60,764 bases of DNA, filler included, from Hausera hauseri (GCA_046269625.1; 11 parts of 11 records of this genome joined end to end with filler, not necessarily neighbours in it), one strand, 5' to 3'; shown: positions 26,475 to 39,526, counted from the first letter of the whole stretch. Program-made: numbers and translations. The notes: a model not told the origin generated them from the sequence alone.

Positions 26475-26598
26475 TTCGTATTATCTATACGTCAAATACG
26501 ACAACAACCATTCATTGAAATCTTAGAACTAAACGTTTAGTGAGATTTGACGATAAATTACCTATAGTTCGTGTAAAAAATTTCAAATTAATAAAAAT

Positions 26599-28078
26599 AT
26601 GGCTGAAAGAAATAAAGATGCAAATAATTTAAACGTGTATGATTTCAGAAAGTTTAAAACTGATGTAGGAAAATTTAATGGACAACCAGATAAACACTTA
26701 GCGTTCTTAAAAACATAAATCACAAAGTACTGCGCTAGAAGTAAGTGAAAAAGACCAAATTAGATGTTTACCATTGTATTTAACTGATATAGCTATAGAT
26801 GCTTATGACGATTTAAGTGAAGCTGAACGTAAAAACTGGAATACAATAAGCATAGAAATGATAGATAAATTTTTGCCGACCATGACCCCTCAGCAATAGT
26901 TAATAATTTTTTAAAATAGGTTTCAAAAAAATGAATCAGTCACTCAATTTTCATACTCTTTAAGATAATTAATTTCTAATTAAGTTGAAGCCATTAAATT
27001 GTCCAAAATGAGACAAAATGGTAATAGTGATGTCAAAGAGATCAATATTGATACTGATATTTTGCTGAATACACAGTTCATGAGAGGTATAGTACCAGAT
27101 TTAAGATATAAGGTTTTGGCCGGAAGTTCAAATACACTTTCTGATGCTTTGAAAATAGCACAAAATTTTGAGGCTTTTAGACCTCATAAGACGAATAGAG
27201 AAAATAATTATCAAGCATCTAATACTAATTCATTGCAAAATGCACCACAAGAAGAGATTAGAAGAAATTCGTCAAGCAATCAGAATGAGAATCAAAACAG
27301 TACTCAAAATAGAAATCAATATGGTAATAAGTCACCCTACAAAGCAAATAACTACCAAAATGAAGGAAGAGAAGATATAAATAAAAACGGAAAAGTTATA
27401 AAATGTTATAGATGTCAACTTAATGGACATACCGCTAGTAATTGCAGAACTCCAAATGATAAATTACCAATAAAAAATGAACCTACAACGAAATCTGCAG
27501 CTTCTAATCAGAAAACTATCGGACCTTCTAGTGAATATTATTTTGAACATTGGCCTATGCCAATCAAGATTCAAAAGAATTTGCAAAACTGCAGACTTCT
27601 AGTTGTAGTACGGACGATGAAGAGCTAAAAGAAGCTAAATTAGTAATTATTGCCGCACATAAAAATGCAGTACGAAAATATTTTGCCGGATATAAACTAA
27701 CAAAATTAGAACACATGGTTTTTGATGCATTACGAGTACCAGTAGCCGCTGTTGATAAAGATGGAAATAAGATAATAAGAAATATATCTCAAGGTTATAC
27801 TAGTAAAAAATCAAAAAAGATTCCAGGAAATATTTCTGAAGAAACTTTATCAAAGCTAAGAAAACCTAGAAAAAGATCAAAGTCTCCTCCAGAGAAATCT
27901 GCTGATAAATTTATAAATGTTGATCAAGAAATTTCTAAAGAAACTAAAGAAAAAGTATTGAATTTAATGATCAAAGATATGAATCAAATGGCACGAGGTC
28001 AAATACCTTTGGGATTAGAAAAGCTTGAATCAATTAATGCATATTTGCAGCCTACTAGTTCATCAAAAGATAATTATA
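26599..28078 (+). mobile_element. gag (CCHC) and start of the following basic ORF of the large gypsy family (copy C)
   Basis: LPLYLTDIAIDAYDDL..W...FLPTMTPQQ matches LSLYLRNLAADAYSEL..W...LLPTVTPQQ at 52.9-53.1 kb; CYRCQLNGHTASNC knuckle; several stops. Confidence 0.85.
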
Positions 28079-28178
28079 NNNNNNNNNNNNNNNNNNNNNN
28101 NNNNNNNNNNNNNNNNNNNNNNTTAATTAATTAANNNNNNNNNNNNNNNNNNNNNNNNNNNNNNNNNNNNNNNNNNNN

Positions 28179-28882
28179 CGTCGAACAAAGTGTCGGTTTG
28201 ACTGAAACTGGCAAAATGTGGATTCGTCTGTAAAGATCACCCGGTCCCAATCCTGAATGGTCCAGTTACGATAACGATTGCAAAATGCAATCCGATCACG
28301 AATATTTTTTGGTATTAATGCTGGTCGGACTGTAGGTTTAAACGCTTTTAAGCCAAACTGATAGAGAAGACGACGACATACTGTACTAGAGCATGGTGCA
28401 GCATTTTCTGTTGGCAGATTAGATCTAATTTCAGATGAGGACATGTTCGGATTCTTTGTGCCTAATCGATAAATCAATCTGTCAATTTCAGGTGTTGTGA
28501 CTTTGGGATGACCTGACATTCTTGAACAATATTCACCTGTTTTCACAATTCGCTTAAGTGTTTTGCAAGCAGTATCAACTGAGACATGTAACCTTTGTGC
28601 AATTTCATCCTGGGCATTCCAACATCAGCAAGAGCTTTTATTTGAGCTCTTTTGTCTGTAGATAACTGCATATTCCGAACCATTTCCACAAAAAATGCAA
28701 ATTGATTTTGAAATTCCATAGATATTTTATGAAATTCCAAATTTATTTTTAAAATATGACGTCATTCTTGTTCATATGTAATTACCTATGTCCCACATTT
28801 AAGTATAAAATGTGCAAAATACCAATAACTGACTATAATTAATGAAAAATTTAAGTGTTTCCAAACTTTTTCACAGTAGTTG
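28179..28882 (-). mobile_element. Tc1-like transposon 5' half (terminal repeat ~28854-28882; frameshifted transposase from 28683)
   Basis: SGHPKVTT, STVCRRL, WTIQDWDRVIFTDESTF; upstream CTACTGTGAAAAAGTTTGGAAACACT resembles a Tc1 TIR. Confidence 0.88.
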
Positions 28883-29353
28883 ATATAATTAGCAATATTT
28901 GATGTTAAAGATAATGGAATAAGTGCCATAAAACCCGTAAATATGCATGAAATTAACAGAACAACTGTACATGAGGAAAAGTTGGTTCATTAACAATTGT
29001 GACACTAGAATATGCGTCGAAGAAACTTGATGATAGGGGATTTGGAATAGATCGTATTGTGAATAATTATTTAACTAGTGTCGGATTTTTTGCAATCGTA
29101 TATCATTATTGAAACAGTTTATTAGAAAATGTTTTCCCATTATTGATTAAAAATTACTATATCATGTATTCAACTAACACCAACTTTTTATCTAATCATT
29201 TCTTCAGAGTTACAGAATATAACTTTTTCTACGATATTTTATACTATCAATGTTACCCTGAGCGTTGGGTAACATTTACATGTTGTTTTATCTTTAATTA
29301 ATGGCGGAAAAAGTTTTAAAACGTGAGAGAAATTTTTGCACTGTTAGTATCAA

Positions 29354-30041
29354 CCCGTAACCGACCAACCTTTTTTACTGACGCAAACGGCCAAAGAGAG
29401 AGCGTTGGACTCTTATAGAAAAAAAAATACGTGAAAACTATATGTATTTCAATTGGTTTTCTTATAGAGCAATGTATTTCAGTTGGTTTTTATTACAAAA
29501 AATGGAAACAATAATTTTGATAACACAAAAATTGAAAAACATGTATTATTCTGAATCAGATGAATTAATAATTGATTGTCTTCCGCAATTGTTGCAAGTT
29601 AGTATTTGTCGTGCATGTTCTCTGCATACATTTCAATTTCAATTTCAATGAAACGAAAAAGCAATGTAACAATTATCTGAAAATGAAATATATTGTACTT
29701 TAATCTCCAAAAAATTACGAAAATGATAATTTTTGGCTAGTATTTCTGATATAAACAAACAAATCAAGGTTATTTCACGAAATAAAGAAATTACTATGAC
29801 ATTTATACAACAAAAAATTCCAAGCTTTTCTCCTGTTAGCCGGTAGTGAGAGCTCTTTTATTAGAGTTATTTTTATACACAAGCTTAGTGAAGAGACGAG
29901 CCAGTAAACATGTAAAATGTAAGTATTGAAGCCACGAATAAAATGCAACATCGTTTTTAAATGTAACTTCATTTGAAGTATGTTTTCTTTTCATTTTTCC
30001 ATCCTTCGGAGTCCGATGGACTCCCCTTGACCGTTTACAGG
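29354..30041 (-). mobile_element. Internally deleted piggyBac-like element
   Basis: Imperfect TIRs CCCGTAACCGACCAA / CCTGTAAACGGTCAA flanked by TCAA and TTAA; subterminal GGAGTCC..GGACTCC palindrome; minus-strand VCREHARQILTCNNC resembles the piggyBac C-terminal Cys-rich domain. Confidence 0.65.
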
Positions 30042-30280
30042 TTAATCAAAATGTTTTTCAAGATGTTTTTCTAAAAGTTTAAAAATATGTCAATGTCATC
30101 CCGCGTTACCTTACAGTTTAATTTTAGAAGGAACAGTCAAAAACCACGACAAACCAAATTGACCGAAAGTTTGTGATTTACTAAAAATATTTTCTTACTC
30201 AATAGAAAATATAAATTTCGAAATTAGAATATAACTTGTGATCACCAAATCCTTTCCAAAACAACAATAAGTAGGTAGAA

Positions 30281-30811
30281 GTGTCAGCTCTACCGCACAA
30301 TTCCCCAAAAGTGTCCAGATTGACTCGGGATCAACATTTCCCCACCTATCTCGCAATTCTGAGCATTTCAGGTTTCGTGGTCGGAGACCCCCAGGGACAG
30401 AAGAAAGTCGGACAATGGACTTTGAACCAAGACCAATTGGTCAAGCCGGGCAAGGCGAACAAAAGTCAACAGCGCCGCAAAGCCGAAAAATGTAACCCGG
30501 CGGCACAGGAGGCGCAAGAAGAAAAACGGGCAATGTGCAACCGGCAACGCAACACATGTTATTGGTATACGGAAATTTTGTACAGAGGTAAAATTGATGT
30601 TGACAAGTCGAATGGACACGGTTTCGTCGTCGTTCGACCAAGGGGACATGGGGAAAAACGGTTGGGAAAATTTCCGTCGGGTAAAATGTTTTATGTTCAA
30701 GTCTGCCGGTTACTGAAATGGGTCCCGTATATTGCCCATAAGTTGGAGAAAATTTTATATAACCGCCTCACGATCAGACCAATGGATCTGGATGAAAAAC
30801 GCATTTTGTAA
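30281..30811 (+). pseudogene. Possible Polinton minor capsid (penton-like) remnant
   Basis: GC-richer segment; pieces LLVY/TEI..VVVRPRGHGE..PVYCP..LTIRPMDLDEKRI loosely fit the Polinton penton C-terminus; close to an adenain-like gene. Confidence 0.3.
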
Positions 30812-30911
30812 AACGTCAAAATTGTCATTTTCGTTCTGTGTTTTGTAAATGCGTTCGTTTTGTAAAAATCTCGCGTGAATTTTATTTTTCTACGACGACG
30901 ACGCTTAAAAT

Positions 30912-31064
30912 CGCAATGAGTTGAGTCGGAAAAAATTTTGGACTGACCCAGTTCGGAACACCTGCATATTCGGACTCACCGCAACGAGTTGAGGCAGAAA
31001 AATTTTTGGACTGACCCAGTTCGGGACACCTGCATATTCGGACTCACCACAATGAGTTGAATCG
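30912..31064. repeat. About 2.3 copies of the 68-bp satellite monomer
   Basis: Monomer starts at 30917, 30985 and 31053; same consensus as 13180-17875. Confidence 0.95.
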
Positions 31065-31150
31065 GGGAATTTCAAACACCCATAAACAAACCAAAAGCAT
31101 TAACCTAACAGCAACAAAATAATATATTTCACAAAATAGAATTAATTTAA

Positions 31151-31480
31151 TCATTGTTCCCACAAAAGTGTTTGTAACATAAGCCACAATAAACAGTAAT
31201 TTCCACATAGTATAGTCATTGAATGTTAATAATGAAATTGATTATATTCAACATGAAGTGATGATTGTCGTTCAATTTGAGAAACTAACGATGACGGGTA
31301 GTATAATCCGAGCGGATCGAATACCCTGACAACTATTGAATGGGCGTACACAGCCATCCAATGTTCGCCTGGCAATGATGAAGTGTGTGTATTGACAATG
31401 AAGTTGCCAGTTTTTCGTAAATCATGCTGCACACAGTCAGGGAAAGACGAGTTGTGTGAAAATGTATGTTGTCCCTCACC
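31151..31480 (-). pseudogene. Polinton/adintovirus adenain-like cysteine protease
   Basis: FIVNTHTSSLPGEHWMAVY..VFDPLG..Y*HSMTILCGNYCLLWL: His, Asp and Cys present, conserved Gln codon now TAA. Confidence 0.85.
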
Positions 31481-32510
31481 CCGGGGGGAGGCAAACGACA
31501 AAATCAATTTTTCACATGTACCAATCGACAGTGCACATGGAGCACTATCGATTGGGGGTGTACTAGGCGACGGTGGCATTAGGCTCCGCTGCTAGGCACA
31601 TTTTTGCACATTTCACAAATCGATAGCTGCACATTGCGCAATTGATTGAATTGATCGGAGAAAAGTGCTAATCGATAGTGCACATTAGTTCACATTGATT
31701 AATGACACGCAGGTGCACTGCACATGTGCAAGTGTGCAAAAATTAATAATATAGGATTTCCGATATTTCCAATATTGATGATTAGGACATGTAACCGAGT
31801 GGGATAGTCTGGAAACACGATGCAGTATATGAATGTGCAGTTATAATTTAAATTTATCAAGCCGATTTCGAATAATATCGATCCAAATTGAAACTGAGGG
31901 AGAACCCACATAGGTTTTTTAAGCCCTAAGAAAGCAAAATTCAATATTATAATTAGCGGGGACAGATGGGAAATCGACTATGGCGATCTCGAATATCGAG
32001 TCGGATATTCGAAATTCGAAAATTTTTTGGCTCGAATATCAAATATCGAACTATTCGAAAAATCTAACAGAGGAAATCGATTCTTCATATTCGAAAACCC
32101 CCTTATACATAAAAATTGTTCCATGAAAATGTACTATACAGGTACAAAATCAATATTTCGAATTGAGCAAAATGTTCATTTGAAGTCCAGTGAAGTGGAA
32201 ATCAATAAATCTATAAGCGGGGCGGGATAGGAAGATATATATGCCGAATCGGAATATGACATCAGGTATTCGAATTCGAGATTACAAGTCGAATACTTAG
32301 TTAATTAAACTCGAAAACTTGGTCAAGCATGCATTATTCAAAGAATCTAATGATGTCATTCGATTCCCCATGGTCGAAAACCTTAAATTTGGCGCCGCCA
32401 CGTATTTAATTGATGAATTAAAACAAAAGTGCATTAAAATCAATTAATAAGCGGAGCAGTTCATGGTAATATGGCAACATATTTCATTATTTCCAAAATC
32501 AATTTAACGA

Positions 32511-34292
32511 ATGGTGAGTATTTAATTGTGCTCCTAAAAATACTTAGTTGATTTTAGATGGTCAAATTCTACAGCGAATGTTTGACTCAAATCCATGAGC
32601 CGGAAAATTGCCATAATATTACGAATAAGTACTTTGCCCATATATACAACCGGGTTCAGTATTATATATGCTCTACATGTGAGATAGTGTACCAAGCCAA
32701 TTATGAAGACTTTTAAAATGTCCATAAACAGCACTTTATTTTATTCACCAAGTCGAAAACACGAATATTTAGTACCAATATGCTATTAATGACTTTCGTG
32801 CCAAAGGAAAACCGAGGGTGAGTTCATATGTGTATTGCACATGTGTAATACACAACCCTCAAAATTGCCGCAATATCATGAGGAGCTATTATGGACACAA
32901 ATTCAATAGGACCATCTATTATATCTGCTCTGGATGCGAGGCTGTATGTGATATAGAATACATACAGTTTTATGATGATCATNNNNNNNNNNGACTTACT
33001 TCGCATCAGAGTCAAAGAAGATCATCTTTAATGAACATAAGTCAGTTGCACAGCATGCAGTACCACAGCCTCCAGTACAACCGGATGCAGGGTTAAAACG
33101 CCCATCGGGCTCATCAGGCGTACTGGCTCCATCAAAGAGTCAAAGACAGCAGCCACTTAATGCAGCAGCACTAAAGAGGAAATGCCGCAAATATGTCATT
33201 GATGCAACTGGTCAAACAACCATCAAGGAGTTTTTGGGGTACATAGCGGAAGAAACAATAGGGATTCTCCAGGACAACATAGGTGAGCTCAAGGCCCTTA
33301 AGACTAATATGAAACTTGAAACCACATACGTCAATATTGATGGTGAAGAGTTTAAAACGGTCTTCAAGACTAGATATAGACCCATTTTTGAACTCATCAA
33401 TATAGTAGAATGGCTGGATAAAGCGCATGCAACGCTGATCCGTAAAGCCGATGAGTGCCAGAGTAAGAAGAACGAATGGAATTTGGCAACCATCAAGAGA
33501 TTGCTTGTATATATGCACAGATTCCCGCCCATGCGGGGTAGTTTATATATTGTGTTCCCTGATTAGATTTCTAATAAAAATCATGTGTCAATGTCAATAA
33601 TAACGACAACATGTGTTTCATATGTGCCATTCTATCAAAACTCGTACAGGATCAATACAATACTTCACGAGTTTGGCAATATAACGATTTGCAGCACAAC
33701 TATGACTTTTAATGTATCATATTCCCTCCATCCTTAGATGAAATTAAGACGTTCAATCGAATCAACAATATATCAACCAACATCTTTAGATTGAATGAGG
33801 AAGATAAAATCTATCCATTGCAGATATATGATAATGAATTGAAAGATCATGTGGATCTATTCCTACCAGACGATGGAGAAAAGAAACATTATGTTTGGAT
33901 CAAGAACTTTGAGCGTCTAGTCATATCTCAAATTACGAAACACACAACAATAATCGAAATATGCAAACGATGCTTTAACTATTTCAGTGGTGATGCAGCA
34001 GTGGACAAGCTTGCAGAGCACAAAATGTACTACAACAACAATTACTGCATCAGACCAGTATTTCCGAAGGAAGATTACATTAAATTCATGAAGTTAGATA
34101 AGAAGCTCAAGGTCTCAATAGTTATTTATTGCGACTTTGAAGCTATTCTCAGGCCAGTTCTTACATACACTCCCAGTCATCAACATAGCAGTGCAACGGC
34201 ATACCAATATCATGAAATCTTATCATATTGCATATATTCCAAAGGACTGGATGGTGAACCATTTCTAATCAGAGGTCCAAGTGCAGCAGCAC
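32511..34292 (+). mobile_element. Polinton-type pPolB locus, 5' part (Cys/His mini-ORF plus pPolB N-terminus to ExoI)
   Basis: MRGSLYI, NDNMCFICAIL, KHYVWIKNFERL, ICKRCFNYF, VIYCDFEAIL; collinear with 43826-41515. Confidence 0.88.
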
Positions 34293-35047
34293 NNNNNNNN
34301 NNNNNNNNNNNNNNNNNNNNNNNNNNNNNNNNNNNNTTAATTAATTAANNNNNNNNNNNNNNNNNNNNNNNNNNNNNNNNNNNNNNNNNNNNGAAGAGAA
34401 AACAGAACAAGAGGAGAAACTTTATCCTAAGAAGTGGAAAATCAGACGTTCATGGAAAAACGCCGAATAATTAAAAAGAATGAGGACGAATTGTCTCAAC
34501 CCAGAGGTAGTACAACAAAATCTAGAGAAACTCAAAACTATAAGTGAACACGTGGATATTTCTGGCAAGGAACAACAGTTTGTAGAGAGATTATACAAGA
34601 AGATGAAACTATATAGTGAAGGAAAATTAAGTTAATCTATAGACTTAGATCAGCCTGAAGAAGTGGCAACAGAAACACTAGTTTAGTGGAAACGCGAATT
34701 AGAACGGTGGACTAAAACTAAGACAAAACTTCCGGAGACGTGGGATAAAACTACTCAAGAAATCGAAGCTAGAGTCAACCAAGCTTAGTCGCTACTAACT
34801 ACATTAGAAGCCAACCCAAAATTAAAAATAGTAACACGTAATTTAGAGCGCTTGATGAACGAAATTAGATTAGTCGAACGACTCTAGCGAAAACCGGTCA
34901 AGTAACGAGATTCAATCGACCTAGAGATTATAGGCATAGACTCGCTAGATATTCCATCTTTAATGGAAATGATGAAGATCGCTTCTACGGCATCAAAACA
35001 ATATACCAGTTTGGAGAATCGCATTAAAACTGAGGCCGAAAAAAAGG

Positions 35048-35917
35048 ATGAAAATATATGGTCTAAAGAATAGGATTATGTACCCAACTAACGACAAAAC
35101 ACGGAAAATAATTCTGGTTTGTACTCTCGAATTCGACGAATATAAAGACAAGTTCGACTACGCCCGTCGGGTCATTGATTTTATTAAAGGTCCAGATGAT
35201 GAGCTAGAAGACGCTCACAGAATGTTAGACAAAGCAATGCTGGAAAAACCAGAAATTACGAATCAGTTGAAAGAATGGTCAGAAGTAATAACAATGTTGA
35301 GTAAATTAGTAGCCAATCGAAGAAAGTATTTTCCAAAGAGCGAACCTTCAGTGAAAAAGCACTTGGAAGAAGACGCCCGAAATCTAGATACGATGAGAGC
35401 AGAAATCGACATCCGAACCCAATTTGACGCACTGCGTCAATTGGGCTTTATGGAAAAGAAACAAGAAATGACGATACTAGATGATATGTACAAGATGATC
35501 GAAGAAACCTACTTTATGCGGAAATTGAATGCAACCTGCGACTTTTATCCGCCATTGAGAGATGTCTGCCTGAAAGAAATACAGTACTTGACAGCCAAGC
35601 CTATCAAGGAAATCTTGACTCGAGACCTTAGAACCTTGGACTTTTGTCCCGATTCTCGGTCAATCGTTGAAGCAGCGGCAAAGTTCATACGCCATCTACA
35701 AGAATGGATGGACGGAACGGATCAGAGGCATCACACCGAACTGATTAAGATAAAGAACGACCACCACCTTAGCCTTGAAGAGACCAAATTTGCAAGAAAG
35801 TTGTTAGATGCGATAAATCCAGATTCAAAAAGTATTAACGAGATGTATGAATTAGCGCTATTAATGGCGGAAATGGCAGAAACTAGTGACGAGAAATTAA
35901 GGCAGTTATTGCAGTAG
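35048..35917 (+). CDS. Open fragment of the helical accessory domain
   Basis: 289-aa E/K/L-rich ORF collinear with 54802-55860. Confidence 0.7.
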   Translation: MKIYGLKNRIMYPTNDKTRKIILVCTLEFDEYKDKFDYARRVIDFIKGPDDELEDAHRMLDKAMLEKPEITNQLKEWSEVITMLSKLVANRRKYFPKSEPSVKKHLEEDARNLDTMRAEIDIRTQFDALRQLGFMEKKQEMTILDDMYKMIEETYFMRKLNATCDFYPPLRDVCLKEIQYLTAKPIKEILTRDLRTLDFCPDSRSIVEAAAKFIRHLQEWMDGTDQRHHTELIKIKNDHHLSLEETKFARKLLDAINPDSKSINEMYELALLMAEMAETSDEKLRQLLQ

Positions 35918-36539
35918 ATACATGAAGTCGAAAAAACTTGCATTAATACCAAACAAGAGCGATGAGATTAGACGAACTAGATAGAGAACTCAAAGTCTAT
36001 AAAAACAAATACGCCCTTACAGAAGCAAAAATTGTTGACAAGTTGCAATTAGCTCAGAAATGAGAAGACGAGGATCTAGAACACCCTATCGCATATTGAG
36101 GCATTCTCTAAAGAAAGCTATTCTGTAACGGAGTTGGAAACGTTAGCGGTGAAGAAAGTCCTGCAACATTTTAACCTATACCTCTATGGAAAGAGAATCG
36201 TAATAGTCACTGATCACAAAGAGGTCACGACCTTGAAGGGTAGAGCAAATAATCCAACCTGTAGACTCAACAGATGGATCGAGGAGATCTCACGTTACAA
36301 TACTGATTTCCAATACAAGCCCGGAAATAAACATGTCGATGCCGATGCATTATCGAGATTTAGAACTAAAACAGGCGCAGTTACGGTAATGAGGAACGCC
36401 CATCTAGAAGACTTAGTAGAAAGACAACGAACTTTTACACTAGATAAATAACTGAAGATTGCTGTCGAACAGAGAAAAAACAATGTTATACAACAAATTA
36501 TCGAGTTCGTTAAAACTAACAAAACACCAAAGAGTCATC

Positions 36540-37700
36540 AGTTACGGAAACACCTACGACGACGTGGTCACAAATACTGCGTCGCAGGAGATTTGAACCT
36601 GAAAATGTGTTGTACTACGAACGAAAGGGACGAAAGTTAGTCGTTATACCAAAAGGATTACGTGCAGAAGTACTAATGGTCAAACACGACTCATACCTAT
36701 CCGGACACATGTCGTGGAAGAAAACATTGGAAAGAATATTAAATAAATATTATTGGCCGAGTATTTACGTCGACTTGAGAAATTGGGTGAATGCTTGTGA
36801 GGTATGCGCAAGCAAAGAGAGAAAAGTTGAGAATTACATCACCGAACTGAAACCCATCAATGTGCCGGATAGACCAATGCAGGCAATGTTCACGGATATT
36901 GTAGAACCATTGCCTACGACTCACAAAAACAACAGATACATCTTGACTTGTGTAGACCGATTGACTCATTTCGTTGTGCTCATTGCGTTAATAGACTAAA
37001 AGGCTGAGACGTTGGCAGAAGTAGTCGTCCGAAAAATTATTTGCAGATTTGGGCCGCCTGAACAAATTTTGACAGACCGAGGGAGAAACGTTACGAGCGA
37101 ACTGTTCAAAAAATTACCAAAATTTTTAAAATCGAGTGACTAACCACAACAGCTTATCATACCCAATGTAACGGACTGGTTGAACGGATGAACGCGGAAG
37201 TTACACAAATCTTATCAACAGTAGTGGCAAAAGACCAGAAAGATTGGGACGAGTTCTTAGAAGGTACACATTTTGCCATTAATACTACCCCACATCCTGC
37301 AACGGAATTTACTCCGTTTTTCATGACGTACGGTCGAGAAGCTGTACTGCCTACAGATTTAGGACTGATTCCATATACAACCAGAACGGAAGACTTAAAG
37401 CAAAATTTTGTCGAAGTATTACAATTGAGATTACACAAGTGTCGCAAAATAGCCAAGGAATTATCTAAAGAATACCAGGAACAATTTCTGAAGCAGTACG
37501 ACAAGAAGGCTAAATCACACTACCTAGAACCGGGAAATTTGGTTTACGTATACTATCCAGTAGCAAAGAAAGGCACATCTCTTAAACTTACCATGACAGG
37601 CAGAGGACCTCATGAAGTTACCAAAACTACACCAACAACGGTTTATATAAATAAAAACGGCAAGGAGGAGATCATATCGATTCAAAGAGTAGTTAGAACG
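36540..37700 (+). pseudogene. Gypsy-type integrase (copy D)
   Basis: HHCC finger, TDIVEPLP..YILTCVDRLTH, TDRG, YHTQCNGLVERMN, TPFFMTYGRE. Confidence 0.92.
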
Positions 37701-37799
37701 GAAATAAGACCAAACAAACGCTATAATTTGCGTTCGAGCAAAACAAAATCGGACTATACAAATAAAGAAAAGAAAAGGTCGTCGATAGTGACTAGACCA

Positions 37800-38729
37800 A
37801 TATCGTATGTACAAATATTCCTCGCCTTATCGTTAATCGCTTTGTATATACCAAAGACAAGGTCGATAACCCCAACAGAAAAATACAATATGCAGCAAGA
37901 CAAAGGGATATCCAAAACTTACAGTCACTGAGAGTGTACGATATGGATTGGAGCAAACCTTGTGCGTGGTTCGAAGCAAGTGAACCTATTGAGAGCCATG
38001 TGAAATTTCACATAATATTTGTAACTAGATCCACGATTAGAACATGCGATTTTCCGCATGGAGTTCATAGGAAATGTTGCGATTTGGATTTCGGACAAAC
38101 CTACCGATACAGATTTTAAATTTTCTATTATAACCAACCCGATGCCCAAGCCTATATAATTACGGAGCTTCTAATAAGGATGCCTCAAAAAATGACACGA
38201 ATCGAGCCAAGACGGAGGAGATAATCCAAAATACTGACTTATTTAAAAGGCTCTTAAATTATAACATTATTGGGATTTTCAAGGACTTAAAAAACCAATG
38301 TATTCGAATTGAGACCAAAATAGAACTGCCAGGAGACAGAAAAATTTTTGTCCGATTTATACCATTAAACGCCTCAGTTCTTATTCCCGAGTATTGTTAT
38401 CTTGCACGACGACAGACTACCTTGTGCTGTAGATTAAAGTTAGGACATAACTACCAGTTACAGTTTGATCTGTACAACACTGATCTTAAAGAACCGAGTA
38501 CTTATTTACGGGGATACCGCCAAAAAATTGGAATATGGAAACTCCCATTCCCAACTACTACGAGGAAACCGTCTACAGTCACAAGTACCACTCTCACCAC
38601 TGCTATCGTCACTTCGGATGAAATGGAGGAAACATACCAGTTAAGATTTTGGCAAAAAGTGATAAAATTCTATTTTACGCTGAAGAAACGTTGAATCAAG
38701 ACTTCAAAATTGAATGTCGCACCCTGCAC
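37800..38729 (+). pseudogene. Post-integrase membrane-protein ectodomain (copy D)
   Basis: YVQIFLALSLIALYIPKTRS in frame with integrase; repeats KPCAWF..TCDF..KCCDL...Y and NQCIRI..EYCYLARRQTTLCCRL...Y; Thr-rich stalk. Confidence 0.7.
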
Positions 38730-39162
38730 NNNNNNNNNNNNNNNNNNNNNNNNNNNNNNNNNNNNNNNNNNNNTTAATTAATTAANNNNNNNNNNNNNNN
38801 NNNNNNNNNNNNNNNNNNNNNNNNNNNNNCGACACACATCTGAGCTATACATTTTCCAAAGTTTCTTACATTTTACATGAGTTATAGGTCAGGCACACAG
38901 ACATATATCTACGCTATACATTTCCCTTATTGCATTTTATCCATACAGACAAACATACTGCACATATATTCCATAATTATACTGATATGTTCCCTCTCTA
39001 TTCCTCATATATGCCCTCCGTATTCCTTATTATCCTCATATATCCCCTCTTAATTTCTTATCATTATGATATATTCCCTATTGATTCCTTATCATTCTGG
39101 TATATTCTCTCCTTAATCCCTATACTCCTGACATATTCTCTCCTTATAATCCTCCATAATAC

Positions 39163-39480
39163 TGATATATTCCCTAACTAATCCTAATTATCTTGGTATA
39201 TTCCCTCTCTATTCCCTACATTCCTGATATATTCCCTCACTAGTCCTAATTATCTTGGTATATTCCCTCTCTTTTCCCTACAATCCTGATATATTCCCTC
39301 ACTAGTACTTATTATCTTGGTATATTCCCTATAATACTAATATATTCCCTAACTAGTCCTAATTATTTTAATATATTCCCTTTCTATTCCCTAGATTCTT
39401 GATATATTACTTTACTAGTCCTTATTATCTTGGCATATTCCTTCACTATATTCCCTATAATCCTAATATATTCCTTCACT
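39163..39480. repeat. 62-bp minisatellite built from TATATTCCCT half-units, degenerating leftwards to ~38950
   Basis: TGATATATTCCCT starts at 39163, 39225 and 39287. Confidence 0.85.
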
Positions 39481-39526
39481 AATCATTTCCGATATAATGT
39501 GAGTCTGCTCCTTCAGAACTATCACA

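Larger units (their letters stand above)
34393..38729 (+). mobile_element. Large gypsy family copy D: helical accessory domain joined by internal deletion to RNase H - INT - membrane protein
   Basis: DISGKEQQF, INPD..EMAE and VYKNKY shared with 54.5-56.0 kb; jump at ~36050 into LAQ..EHPIAY; KHDSYLSGH..YYWP..CEVC; GPHEV; then a signal-like stretch. Confidence 0.9.
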
